From Eimeria praecox (taxonomy: Eukaryota), in NCBI GenBank assembly GCA_963920595.1, contig OY986949.1:2852001-2916000 (forward strand): DNA of 64,000 bases, written 5' to 3'. A program made the translations under genes and the position numbers. Shown piece after piece: positions 14,351-27,253 of this stretch. Under the pieces are notes generated by a model. That model was not told the origin of the DNA, searched no databases, and worked only from the letters and a program-made list of their open reading frames with translations. Numbering within the stretch: position 1 is the stretch's first letter; each line of letters begins with the position of its first letter.

Positions 14351-17300
14351 CAGGCAATTGGTCTGCTGAGTATATGGGTATGCCCCTTACTGTATACAAC
14401 GCTGCTACTAATAACAATTTCATTTTCTTCATGTTTTGGTCCCTCCTTGGGGACTTGCTGGGCAGGCCCCCGCTTCTCGCACATTTGACGCTGTGCAGAG
14501 GTGCTAGCCCTTTCATCATTTTTGCTTAGGTTGGGATACTCTCATCGAGAATGTGCTTCCAACCTAGGTGAGGTGCAAAGGCATCCATGATGGCCCGTCC
14601 GGGTCGCTGGGAAAACCTGTGGTCAAACACAACAGCAGCATCGGCTTCTCCCGTAGGAGCAACAGGCTCAGTCTCCGTAGATGCGCTTTAACATGGTGAT
14701 GGGCCCACCCCCAACACAACTAGTTGGCTGTAGGTGGTCCGATTTTCAAGCAGCAGCATCGACAGAGGCGTGAGCAGCAAGAGCAGCAACAATCCCGGCA
14801 GGAATGAGTGGCGCTAGCGGCTGCGCGAGCTAGGCAGCAGCAAAAGGCTCGGGGAGGCGAAAGCAGGCTACAACACATTTGGTAAATTACGTTTGCTACC
14901 TTGGGTTCTCTTGCTGCTCTTGCCTATGGAAAAGAAGCATGCCGCTTCTGCACTGCGTGGGTTCCTGTATATTGTGTACCGATTCGGGTTGGGAAGCACT
15001 TCCCTCAGTCCATAAAGTGCAAATAGTCTATCTCAGTAGATGAAGACAGTTGCTGTGCTATACTGGGCAGCCCATATGGGCCGCTTACCCCTGTTGTTAG
15101 GAGATTACGCTTTAGTAGTTTAAGGTGCAACCTTCTCCCCTGTTTTTCATTCAACTTCCCTGTGCTTTCGCTGATACTCTTCGTTGCCTTTTTGATACCA
15201 AATGTCTTCTCAATATCTCTCACAGCAGCATCAGCCAAGCAGGCATCCGGAATTTATTTGGAAGGAAACAGGGACTGCAGCAGCTGCTGCAGTTATAGGA
15301 TCGGCAACAACGGGATCAGCAGCTGCTGCATCAGTAGCAATAGGACAAGGGCCTAAAACGGGGTGAGCCCCTGCTGCTGCAGGGAATATCGGAGACGTCT
15401 GACATATCAGTAGCCACACAGTAAGTAGCAGAGAAGGTTTGCTTGTGAGTTGAGGGAACATATGGAGGGGGCAGCGGAAATACATATCGGGGTAGAGTTG
15501 CTGCTCTCAGCAGCGCCTGCAGCGGAAGCAGAAAAAGACGCAAACGAACTGTGCGTTTATCAGCTCTGAACGCGAATGGGGAAAACGATGGTATCAGAGC
15601 GGGCGAGAAAATACTCTCCGCAAGAGTTGAGAGTACTGGTATTCACAAAAAGCAAACTAGTTACTTCTACGCAAGCTGGTAGGGTGCCCGCCCAGCCGTA
15701 GAGAAAGCAAGGCAAACATGCACAGCACAAAAGCACAGAGGAGAGGTAGACAAGCTAATACAGCAACAGATAAGCAAAAAAAAGATTGCAAAAGATACTA
15801 ACCAAAACAAACTCATAAACATGTACAATGGCTCAAATATAGCACTCGCCGACCTTAGCTTTGCACCATAAGCTGCATGCGCCTTATACGAGTGCTCGCG
15901 CCGAAGTGTATATGTAGCGGATTAGGATATGCTGCCCCTTACTATAGGGCTTCAGCAGCAGAATGTGCAGCCTGAAAGGCGGGAGAGCCAACAACAAGCT
16001 GTACAAGAGTAAGGGATGCAGCAGGAAGGGATGTAACGATGACAGATGGAGCGCGAGGGAACGGCGGGTACACAGTAACAACAGTCGCGCCGGCGGCAGC
16101 AACCGCTGCAGGAGCCCTTTCCCCTGTTAGCCCCCCCTTTGCTGGGCAGCTAGGCACATTATGTCATGCATTCCTTGCTGGCGAGCGCGTGGCGCAGACG
16201 CAGCTCGGCCTGCTCCCAGTTGGACCATTCTCTTCTTTCTGTGTGCAGGCTGACTACTAATGCCCTCTCAAATGTTTAACAATTGACTACAGTGCCGCTT
16301 CTTAGATCAAACGGGGGCGTTGCTTCCTCTACCCTGCAGCAAGCGCCGCAGGAACGCCCATTGTAACACATGAGCTGCCACGGCCCTTCAGCACCACCCC
16401 CCGGTCCTTGCCCCGCTGTGCCCAGAAGCATGAAAGCTCACAGGTCTGCTATTAGCTTTTGCGGTTGTTTCCTATATTATCTTTCGCCCTCTTACAACTT
16501 GCAACGCCCCCGTCCAACAAGACCTAGTTAGGTTCCTCTTCTCGCATTGCTCGCCTGCGTCCAAGAATAGCAAGGCTCGTCTCTCTCCAAAGGGTATGTG
16601 CCAAAGGCACGCTATACTCACCCTGAGTTCGTCTCTGTATGCTCAAATGCAGGCATCCGTACCAATAGCCCTCTACTAATATACAAATTGTCTGTTCGCT
16701 CGCTGCCAAAGGCGCCCCCACACCCCCGAAGCGAACAGCTTATATTTTATGTCTTGTGGTAAATCTATTGTTCAAATTTGTATAATTATTCCTGCAATAA
16801 GAGTATAGTGTACGAAAACAGTGCTATATGCACATACACTAGGAGCTTGGGTGTTCGCTACAGACCGTGGGGGGTCCCTGGGGGGAGCCGAGGCATCCTA
16901 AAGAAAGGATTTGATGGCAAAAAGGGCTCAAATTTTCATGTTTTCTGCCTGATTTTTTTTTTAACAAGAAGAAGGTGGTGCTTGTCTTCCTGGGTTTTCT
17001 GCTTTGCGTAGACCGCCAGCGCGGGAGCAGCAGCAGCAGCAGCGGCGGCTGCTGTAGTGGCTTCTGCATCCGTAGCAGCAGCAGCAAACGCAACAGAGAT
17101 CGGCAACGCAAAACAGCAGTCTGTGTCTCTCTACGCTTTTTTCTGCCTTGCAAGTTCCCATACTACAGGGACATGTTCGCCTCTTAACCCTGTACCATAA
17201 ACCCTAGACCCTCGTTCGGCGTCTGCAGCCCTGCTGCGGCTCTTCTCTGCATTAGAGTATTTCTGGTTGCCCTGGTTCCGTCTATGTTTCATATATATTT

Positions 17301-18643
17301 TCATTATCGTGCTGCTGTTCCGTGGTTGGAGAGCAGCAACTGCGGCAAATTTTGGTGTCTGTACACGTGAACTGCCTGTACTACACCGGTTGCAGCGAGG
17401 CATTTGCTTTTTCTGCTACAACAACTGCTGCCTCCTTCGCAGTAGGCATAACATCTAGTACGAAGAGTATTGCATCATTTGCCGTAGCCTTTCTGTCTCA
17501 TCTAGAGACTTCTGCCGGTGTTTGCAGCAGTAGCATAGGCAGCCGCAGCTGCAGCATCAGCTCCTCCTCAAGCAGCAGCAGCATCAGAAGCAACTGCTGA
17601 AGTCTTAGGCTGCATCTTTTTGCCCCTGCTGTGGCTGCCTCATTATAGCAAGTTCTTCGTAGCGCTTACGCCCACAGAGTTTCTTCTCTTATTGAGAGGT
17701 CTGTGTTGGCTTTGTGCGTGTGTCTGTGTGCCTTGCATGCTCTTTATTATATAGAGGTTTTTTGGGTGACGATTGTAGTTCTTTCTCTGTTGCTTCTCAT
17801 ATCGTTCTCCCATAGAGGTGCTGCAGCAACAGCTGTAAAGCGTTGCTAGTTGAAGCTCCTTGGGGCTTGCTTTGATTTTGATTGCAAGGCCTTTGTATCT
17901 ATCATACACGCATCCTACCTGTGCATACACCTCGGCAGTAGACACTTGGTTTGTGTGCAACAGCTTTGCAGCAGCAGCAGTTCATCTCCTCGAGGCCAGC
18001 GATAGACAGCATATAGCTTCAAAGGCTCTTCGTGCATGCTTTTGCTGCTGCTTGGGTAGGCCTCTGAGCAGCAGCACTTTCAACTAGCAGCAATTGCAGT
18101 CGGCGCCGGCGGTGGTGCTGCTTCTCAGTGCTGTCTTCCTGTGTCTCTCAGCTTCCTGAGAAGTGCAGAAACACAGCAGCAGCAGCAACAGCAGCAGCAG
18201 CAACACCTGCGTTGCCATAATTATCGCCGGGGATAGAACAGCGGCGGCAGCAGAAACAGCCTTCTCTACGTGTGCGGTCGAAGTGGCTGCTGCTGCAGCA
18301 ACAGGAAGCAGCCTCGGGAATCGAGGCCACACCAGCAGCAGCAGCAGCAGCAGCAGCACACCCAAAAGCATCTGGTAGCAAGGTAGCAGCACCCGGCGCA
18401 GTAGCAGCCTGGGCAGCACTGCAGGCTGCATCAAAAGCATCGACAGGTTTTGCAGCTGCAGGAGCAGCGGAAGCAGCAGTTTTTGCTGAGCAGCAAGCAT
18501 CAGCAACAAGGCAGCTTCTACCAGTACCTGCAGGCACTGCAGCGCGTGAAGCAGCAGCAACAGCAACAGCAATAGCAGCAACAGCAGCAGCATATTTCAA
18601 CCAACTATTATTCCTTAGCCCGTGGTCTGCTGCTTTCGTGGAG

Positions 18644-20016
18644 ATGAGCGAGACTGGAGTGGCAGCAGCAGCAGCACACACTACGGAAGGCCATAGTGCA
18701 GCAGCAGCGACGCCGGGTTCTGAAGCTGCAGCAGCAACAACTGCAGCAGCAACTGCAGCAGCTGGAGACCGGCAAGCATCGCCTCCGTCCGTCGTTGCAG
18801 GCTCGGAACCCGCCGATCAAGCAGCCGCAGCAGCAGCAGCAGCAGCAGCTCCTCCACTCCCCCAGGTCGTTAGTACTGAGCCGGGCTGCTGCTTGCTGTG
18901 CAGTGAAAAGAAGGGGTTGACGCTTCTGCAGCTGCTGAAGGTACACCTAGCTCCACCAGCAGCAGCAGCAGCAAGTGAAACACGAGATGCAACGACAGGA
19001 GGAACAGCAGCTGCTGCTGCTGCAGCTGGGGAGCAGCAGCCCGCTGCCGCAGGGGGCGATTCTGCGGCAAGTGCTGTTGGACACGGAAGCAGCAGCAATA
19101 CCCCAGCGCAGGCGAAGCAGCAGCAGCAGCAGCAGCAACAGCAAACTGTACTAATGCCACTGCTGTTCGTTCCAGGTGCAACAAAGGAAGCCTCATGGTC
19201 TCCCTGCGGCAGGCGGCTGGCTGTGGCTACAGCAGCAGAAGGTTTGCTGCTGCTAGAGCATCCTACCTGGAGTGTGGGGTCGCAGGTGCAGCAGCAAGCA
19301 GCCCAGCAGCTGCTGCGCGCAGAATGGCTGCTGAAGCAGGACCAGGGCGAGCAGAAGAAGTCCTCCAGTGCTGCTGCTGCTGCTGCTGCGGCAATCGCTG
19401 GGGCAACAGCAGCACCTCCTACTGCAAATCAGGCAGCTGCAGCAGCCATTCGAGAGAGCGTTCTGCAGCTGGTTGCTGCAGAGCTGCAGCAGCAGCTTGT
19501 ACGATTGTCGCTGAAGCCTCAAATAGTGCCGCAGGGCCATCAACTAGAGCAGCAGCAACAGCAGCAACAGCAGGTGGATCCTGATGCACAGGTTAAGGCT
19601 TTGCACTGGTCTCCCCTAGGAACATATTTGGTGGCAAACATACAGCTGGACCTGCGGACGATGCTGCTGCAGCAGCAGCGCAGCAGCAGCTCTGCAAGCG
19701 ATTGTGCTGGGGATGCAGCTAGCAGCAGCAACTCAGAAGCTGCTTCTTCTTCGGCTTCTGCAGCTGCGGGTATGTCTGCAGCAGCAGCAACAACGTCGAC
19801 GGCAGCAGCAGCAGCAGCAGATCACAATGTTTTTGTGTGGGAGGCAGCAACTGGGAAGGCCGTGGCTTCGCTGCAGCAGAAGCGACTTGTCTGGCCGCTG
19901 CTGCAGTGGAGAGATGATGAAGCATTCTGCTGTATCCCTAAGAGACCTCACCTTCTAGTACGTATATCTATATATATCTATATCTGTATCTATCTATCTA
20001 TCTATCTATATATCTA

Positions 20017-20059
<43 letters not shown>

Positions 20060-23000
20060 ATATATATATAATCATTACAACACACACTGTCTGTATCTGC
20101 TGCTGCGTCCGTCCTTGGTTGTCTGCATTGGAGTCGCTTGTTTTATTAGAGTGCTGCCGTGCCTATTCCCCCCCTCCCTCCCTCTCCCCCCTCAATTGTT
20201 TCTGTTGTGTGTTTGTTGGTGGGGGAGCTGCTGCTGTAGTCTGCTGCAGCCTCTGCTTTCTGTCTGCGTTTATTGCTGTAGCTTAATTTGCTTGGCGTTT
20301 GCTTCTCTTATTAGCGCTGCAGAGCAACGCAGCATAGTGTGCTGCTATGCAGCATTGCTGCAGCACAAGCAGCAACGGCTGCTGCTGCTGCTGCTGCTGG
20401 TTTTCCTGCTTGCGGTGGTCCAGTGGTTCACTCCTGCGGGTGCTGGATGTGTGATGGCTGCAGGTCTACGCTGGAAACGATCTAAATCGCCTCCTCTTCT
20501 CTGTCTTTCTGCGTCGTCTAAAGACCTTTGGGATAGGCCCAGCGCTGCAAGTAAAACAGCAGCAGCAGCAGCGTCTGTGCATCGCCTGCTTCTCCTTCGG
20601 AGCTACGCAGCAGCAGCAGCAGGCTGCTGCGTGTCCTCCGTCTTTTTCGGTCATCGAGATACCCGATGTATCTGCAGCAGCAGCTGCTGCTGCTTCTGCA
20701 GTAGCAGCAGCAAAGGAACGAGGAGAAGACCCTGAAGCAGCAGCTGCCTTTGAGCCCACACCCAACCCGCAGCAACAAATACTAGATCTGCTGCAAGAGC
20801 AGCTGCAGAAATGTGGAGAGGCAGGCTCAAATGCAACGGCTGCTGCAGCAGGGGATGCTGGTGGTGATGCAGCAGCAGCAGCATCAGTATCTGCATCCCG
20901 CGCTCTTGCAGCAGTGACAGCAGCAACGTCGGCAGCAGCAGCAGCAGAATATGACAAAGCCCTTGTACGTCTACTTGCTTGGCAGGTGCTACCTTCAGCA
21001 GACTCTACAGATTTCTTGTGGAGTGCATCAGGAACAGCTCTTCTTGCTGTTGCTAGTACGACTGTCGATGCTACAGGTATGCATTGTTTGTTTTTTCTCT
21101 CTCTCTCTATATATATATGTGTGTATATACATATTATATATACACATATACATATTATTTTAATCTTCTCCTCCATCGCCACTTCTTTGCTGTGTCTTCT
21201 GTCTCTCTCCTCTCTCGGTGCTGCTCTTTTCATCGTTTGCTTTCGCTGCAGCTGTCTCCATTGATCCCTTCTAAGTGCTGTTGTTGTCTCCTCTTGTTGC
21301 GCTGTCTCTTGCTGCTCTGTCTGCTCCTCGCAGCGTCTCTCTGTCCCGATGCCTTCGGGGCTTGCATCTCTGCCATGCTCTCCCTAGCATGCGTGCGCCT
21401 GTTCGCATAAATGCATGTATTTGTATGTAAATGTATATTTATATGTAGATGTATATGTATATGCCCATATATGCATGTTTGTGTTTGTGTAGGTGTGTGT
21501 GTATTCGTGTGCGTGTGTGTGTTCTTGTATGCGTTTGTACGTGTATATGTTTGTATGCGTGTGCGTGTGCTTGTGTATGTGTATGTGTTTCTGTTTTTGT
21601 TTGTGTATGCTTACGTGTATGTGCTTGTGTATGCGTATGTATATGGGTTTGTGTATATATGTGTATGCATGTTTATGTATGTGTATGCATCTATTTCTTT
21701 GTTTATGTGTTTGTTTGTTTGTGTGTATGCGTGACAAGCCCATTTTTGTGAGCATGTCTTTATCTTTCTATGTTTTTATCTTTATGTATTTTTTGCGTCT
21801 TCGTCTAATTTGTGTTTGTTAGACTTGCTTTATTTCTTCTCTGTAACTCTACTTTGTGCTGTCTCTTCTCTCACGGATGAGGGCATGTACAGCTGTTGTC
21901 TTGTGCTGCTGCAGGAGAGAATTACGGGGGAGTGGGGGACTGTTGGGCTGTCTCCTTCGGGCCACCGCAGCACCCCCAGGCTGTTACGACTTTGCAGCAA
22001 ATACAGCGTTTAGCCCTCCAGGAGCAGCAGCAACAGCAGCAGCAGCAACAGCAGCAGGAGCAGGAGGATGCTCCGTTGCCTCTGCAATGCTGCGTCAGAC
22101 GTATAAGCAAGAAAATCGTTCAGGATGTAACATGGAGCCCCACAAGAGACGAGTTTGTCCTAATAGAGGGGAAGTCCCCTAGTGGTAAGGGGGGGGGGCG
22201 TTTAGGGTTTAGGGTTTAGGGTTTAATGTTTAGAGTTTAGGGTTTTGGAGTATGTGCATGTTTAGGTGCTCATTGAGGCTCCCTGAAGTTTTGTTGAGCT
22301 CCTCTTGTATTTGCTGCTGCTGCTTGCTTGCTGCTTGCTGCTTGTTCTTCGGTGTCTGCAGATATTGTGCTGCTGGACCGTCATGGACGCACGCAGTTTG
22401 TCTTCCCTCGTCGCTACCGCAACTTTGTGTCTTTTTGCCCCTTCGGACAGATGGCGGTGGTTGCTGGGTTTGGGAATTTAGCAGGTAGGCGTCTTGTCTT
22501 TGCTGCTGCTACTGGTGCTGCTGCTGTGCTTTGTAAGGAGCGCTGGTGTTGTTAGGGACTGCGGTAGCACCTTGCCTGGAGCAGAAGCTGCTGCTGCTGT
22601 CTTCGGCTTTGCAGTGCATTCATGCACCCTGCACCAGTCGATGGTTTCTTCTTTCTTCTCGCCTCTTATATACGTCTTTGTCTGGGGTTTACTATTCATG
22701 AACAGCCCGTTTTCTTTTTGTGTTTTGCTTCAGAGTTGCTTGTTCTTCTGTCTTCTGTATTGTTCTGCTTCTATTGCTGACTGCTTGTGTGTAAATGTTG
22801 CTGATCGTTGTCTGCTGCTCTGCATGCAGGGGAGGTTAGCTTCTATTACAGAGATCAGGCGTCGCAGGGCATGCAGCATATCAGCGAGTTCAAAGCCCCA
22901 TGCACTGTCTTAGCTCTGTGGGCTCCCTGCGGCTCCTACTTCGCCACGGCCTCCACCTATCCCCGCATGAAAGTTGACAATTGTCTCAGCGTGCTAGATT

Positions 23001-24310
23001 ACAGAGGCAAGCTGCTGTCTGCTGCTGTTGCTGCTGCTGCTGCACATCGTGCTTCTGGGAGCACAGAGGATATAGAGGCTTCGGCTTTGCCTTGTCTGTC
23101 CTAGCTGGCTAGAGCTGCTGCTGCTGCTCGGACCCGCCTGTTGCTTCTATTTTCTTACATATTTTCTTGCGCTCTCATCTCAGCGTTGGCTGGCTTGTGG
23201 CGTTGCTGCTGCAGGGGAGTCTGTACAGCGTCTTCAGTTCGACGAGCTGTACCATATAGCGTGGAAGCCAGAGTCTGACTTGTGAGCCTTTGGGCCAACA
23301 GCATCAACAGCAGCAGCTGCAGCAGCAGCAGTGGGGGCAGCAACAGGAATGGCAATGGCAGAAACCGCAGCGGCAATAGCAGCAACAGCAACGGCCTTCA
23401 TGGGGGGGACTATGGGGGCAGTTTTTTTTTGTCTGTATCTTTTTTCTTAGGGAGCCTCCGAATGCCCCTCAGCCTAACGAGCGACTGCTTGCTGCTGCAG
23501 AGAATCAAGCTTTTCGACCAAGGGGAACGACACAGAGGGGAATTACTTCGCGCATTATGAACGGTTAGCAGGCTGTGCAGCAGCAGCAGCACCAGCAGCA
23601 GCAGCAGTAGCTGCTGCTGTTGGAAAGGGATTGCCACACATCAAGCGTTGGACGGTTGGTGTCTCCACAGCCTCGGGGGAGTCCTGCAGCACCAGTTGGC
23701 TGCAGCCATAGCTCTAGCAGAAGCAGCAGCAGCAGCAAAGTTAGGGTGTATATCTGTGCATCTGCTCCCACAGGCGAGGCAGTAGACGAGTCGGAGCTTC
23801 CGGAGGAGCTGCGGAGACAGCGCGAACAGCTGAGGCGTCGCAAGACTGCTGCTGCTGCTGCTGCGAAGAGAAAGGAGACAGAGGTTGTGGAACTGGAGTG
23901 GAGGCGCCGTACGTTGCACCTTGCTGCTGCTACTGCTGCTGTTGGGGAGTTTTGATGTGTTATGTATGCGTCTTTGCTTCCCCCAGAGTCTGCCGTTTCC
24001 TGCTGCTGATGTTGTGCACAGAGCCGAAACAAGAGCCTAAAGTCTCTTCTGAGGATGCAACATCGGGAGCTTCAGCAGGAGCTGCTGCTACTGCTGCTAC
24101 AGGGGAAGGGAAGCAGCGAGGAGGCAGCAGCACAACCAGCACCTCACAAGCTAGAAGTGACAGTAGGACTTCTGCAGCTGCAGCAGGAGGACGTCAGCAG
24201 CAACAACAAGATGCACCGTCAAGTGCTCCGGCTAGCGCCTGTTTCTCGGGAGATGAATGCACTCAGGAGTTGCAGGGCGTTGCAGCACAGCAGCAGCAGG
24301 AGCATCAACC

Positions 24311-24346
<36 letters not shown>

Positions 24347-25050
24347 ACAACAGCAACAGCAACAGCAGCAGCAACAGCAACAGCAGCAGCAACAGCAGCA
24401 GCAACAGCAGCAGCAACAGCAGCAGCAGCACCAGCAGCACCAGCAGCACTCCCGGCGGAAGGCTGCGGAATCAGCATCCACAGGGGCAGATTGCGCCTTA
24501 GCAAGCGGTAGGTGCTGATGCTGTTGCTGCTGCAATTTCTTAAAGAGTCAAGAGTTCTGGCTGCTGTCACAGTACACAGCCCCATACATGCGCGTGCATG
24601 CGCCCTTCTGTGCTGGGTGTTAAGGGCTTCTTGCTGCTTTCTTGCTGCTGCATTTGATCTTCAGGCGGAGTCGATGATTTGGCTGCAATGCTGGAGCAGC
24701 AGTCACTGCAGATGGTTCAGCCGCAACAGCAGCAGCAACGTCAGCAGCAGTGGCAGCAGCACTGGCAGCAGCAGCAGCTGCAGCAGCACCAATTGCAGCA
24801 ACAGCAGCTGCAGCAGCAACAGCTACAACAGCACCAGCTTCAGCAGCAGCTGCAACAGCAGCAGCTGCAGCAGCAACAGCAGCAGCTGCAGCAGCAACTG
24901 CAGCAGCAACAGCAACTGCAACAGCAACAGCTAGTACAGCAGGGGGCTGGTGCTCCAGGAACGCAACAACAGCCGACAACCGCAGCTGGCCTCCAAGTGC
25001 TGGGGTCGGCGCACCCGCCGGTAGGGGTCGTAGGATCCCAGGTGCGACAG

Positions 25051-25083
<33 letters not shown>

Positions 25084-27253
25084 TTGACGCGACAGCAACA
25101 GCAGCAACTATTGCAGCATCTGCAGCAGCAACTGCAAATCCAGCAGGCAGGGAACGCTGGGCTATCTCGTGCAGCAGGACACAATGCACAGCAGCAGCAA
25201 CAGCAGCAACAGCAGCAGCAGCAGCAGCAGCAGCTATCAGCTGAGGAGCTGTCTGCAGCATTGCGAATGATGCTGCCTCTAACACAGCAGAATCAGGCAC
25301 TGCGGCAGCAACAGCAACAGTGGCAGCAAACGACGAGGGGAGATAGCACTCTGAGTGCCCTAGCAGCTGCTGCGGTGCGGCAACAACAGCAGCAGCAGTT
25401 GCTTCTGAGACAGCAGCAGCAGCAGCAGCAGCAAGGCTTAGTAAGTTCGGCATGCACTACTTTTCATTCATGCTGTGCTTCACCAATGAAGCTGCGGCGA
25501 TTCTGTTTCTGTTGCTGTGCCTATTGCTGCTGCTGCTGCTGCTGCTGAAAGTCCTGTTGCTGTGTTTATCATCTCTGTGCGGTTGTCATGCGTCCCTGCT
25601 TTAACTCTGCAGCAACAGCAGCAGCAACAACACCTGGAAGCCCAGCTGCGCCCGTTGCTTCAGCAACTACAACGAGGCAGTGCAGAGCCAGTACTGAGTC
25701 GGGGAGCCTCTACGATGCAGCAACATCAAAAGGCACTGGCACTGCTGCGTGCTGCTGCAGCACAGCAGCATAAGCAACAGAGCCAGCAACAGCAGCAGCA
25801 GCAGCAACGCAACCTGATTCTGCAGCAGCAGCAAGCAATGCAACAACAGGAAATGCAACGGCAGCAGCAGCTGCGACAACAGCAGTTGCTTCAGTTGCAG
25901 CAGCAGTCGGAGCTGCAGCGGGATGGCAGCTTGGACGCCCACTTGCAGCAGCAACAGCGTCAGGCATCATCAGCAGCATCAGCTGCTGCTACCTTAATGA
26001 ACCTGCCGCGGGAAGCGCGTTTGTTGCTTCAGCGGCTGCAGCAGGGCGACGGGGCTCAGAAGACAGCGCAGCTGCTACAACAGTTGCAGCAGCAACAGCA
26101 GCAACAACTGCAGCAGCAGCAGCAACAGCTGCAGCAGCAACAACACCTGCAGCAGCAACAGCAGCTGCAACAACAGCTGCAACAGCAGCAGCTGCAACAG
26201 CAACAACTACAGCAGCAACAGCTGGAACATAACGAGGTGCAGCAGCAACAGCACTACAGGGGTTCCGCAGCTTCATCGCAGCACGGTCTCAGGCAGCAAA
26301 CTTGGGACAATGGGACTGACAATGAGCAGCAGCAGCAGCAACTCACTCGCCAGCAGTTGCAGTTGGTGCAACAGTTGCAGCAGCAGCACAAGCAGCACCC
26401 TCAGCAGCAACATCTACAGCAACAGCAGCTAGTGCTGCAGCAGCAGATGCAGCAGCACCAGCAGCAACAGCTGCAAGGGCAGCAGCTGCTGCAGCAGCAG
26501 CAGTTGCAACAGCTGCTGCAGCAGCAACAACAGCAGCAGCAACAACAACAACAGGAGCAGCAACAGCAACAGCAGCAACGACAGCACCAGCAAGGACATA
26601 GGCCAGATGCATCGAAGGAGAGATGCTGGCAGTACATCGATCCCAAGGGGAACGTACAGGTGGGCTGGGGATATTTGTCCTGCAGCAGGAAGAGGAGCAA
26701 TGCTACGCAGCAGCAGCTACGCTGCAGCAACAACGAAGCTTACAGGCGGCAGTTGCATTTGCTGTGGCTGCAGCCGTCCGCTGATGCTCTTTGATTTATT
26801 TTTATAGGCTGTTAGAACTAAAAGTTAAGGCTACACTGATGTGTCTGTCTTTGCTGTTTGCAGGGCCCATTTTTTATCGCGGAAATGCGTGTGTGGAACA
26901 CGATGGGGTACTTCGATCCTGGGCTGCCTGTTCGCTGCTGCAGCTCCGATAAGTTTGTCCCTCTCAACAAGATGTACCCGCCACCTATAAAACCCTTCGC
27001 TATGTCACCGAAACCACAAGCAACGGCAGCAGCTGCTGCTGGATTTGGTGGCAGCAGTGGGGGGGCCCCTTCCACGTCGAATACCCCCACAGCAGGGGGC
27101 CATTCTTCAGTGCCGCTTGTAGCCAGCACTGAAGATGGCAACGGCAGCGGGGGAACAGCAGGCGCCAGCGGTCTGCCAGTAGGGGACCTCAATGCTGCTG
27201 CTGCTGCTTCGGGAGGCAGTACACCCCATGGTGGCAACGATGGGCGCACCTAA
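18644..27253 (+). CDS. EIF2A: eIF2A-family WD40 protein with a long polyQ linker and C-terminal GYF domain (predicted 12-exon single gene)
   Basis: Phase-consistent exons 18644-19957, 20464-21076, 21915-22184, 22362-22484, 22830-23006, 23215-23281, 23451-23563, 23774-23908, 24022-24507, 24665-25440, 25613-26659, 26864-27253. eIF2A motifs: WSPLGTYL, WPLLQWRDDE, VDATGENYGG, VQDVTWSP, AGFGNLAGEV, WAPCGSYFATASTYPRMKVDN, FDELYHIAWKP, AFRPRG. GYF: WQYIDPKGNVQGPFFIAEMRVWNTMGYFDPGLPVR. Each domain call is strong; joining them into one gene is inferred. Confidence 0.8.
19963..20070. repeat. (TCTA)n/(TA)n microsatellite at the start of eIF2A intron 1
   Basis: Tandem TATC units grading into TA immediately after the donor at 19958. 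Confidence 0.9.
21410..21740. repeat. Degenerate (TG/TATG)n microsatellite in eIF2A intron 2
   Basis: About 330 bp of gtgtatgt/tgtgtgtg-type sequence. Confidence 0.85.
24289..26590 (+). repeat. Coding (CAG/CAA)n tracts giving the polyQ linker
   Basis: Near-pure CAG/CAA run at about 24313-24428 and multiple further runs in exons 24665-25440 and 25613-26659, read as Gln. Confidence 0.9.

Noticed and set aside
15005..15238. Short minus-strand ORF with protein-like composition
   Set aside because: No ATG or splice context and no recognisable family. It may be decayed element sequence but cannot be supported.
18221..18643. Non-AUG in-frame N-terminal extension of eIF2A (ORF track start 18272)
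   Set aside because: The open frame is GCA-repeat derived, so lack of stops is expected. It has no conserved content; ATG 18644 is preferred.
21384..21822. Cys/Val- and His/Thr-rich ORFs
   Set aside because: Translations of an intronic TG microsatellite.
24219..26733. Poly-Leu, poly-Cys, poly-Ala and poly-Ser ORFs in other frames and on the minus strand
   Set aside because: Shadow frames of CAG repeats in the polyQ exons.
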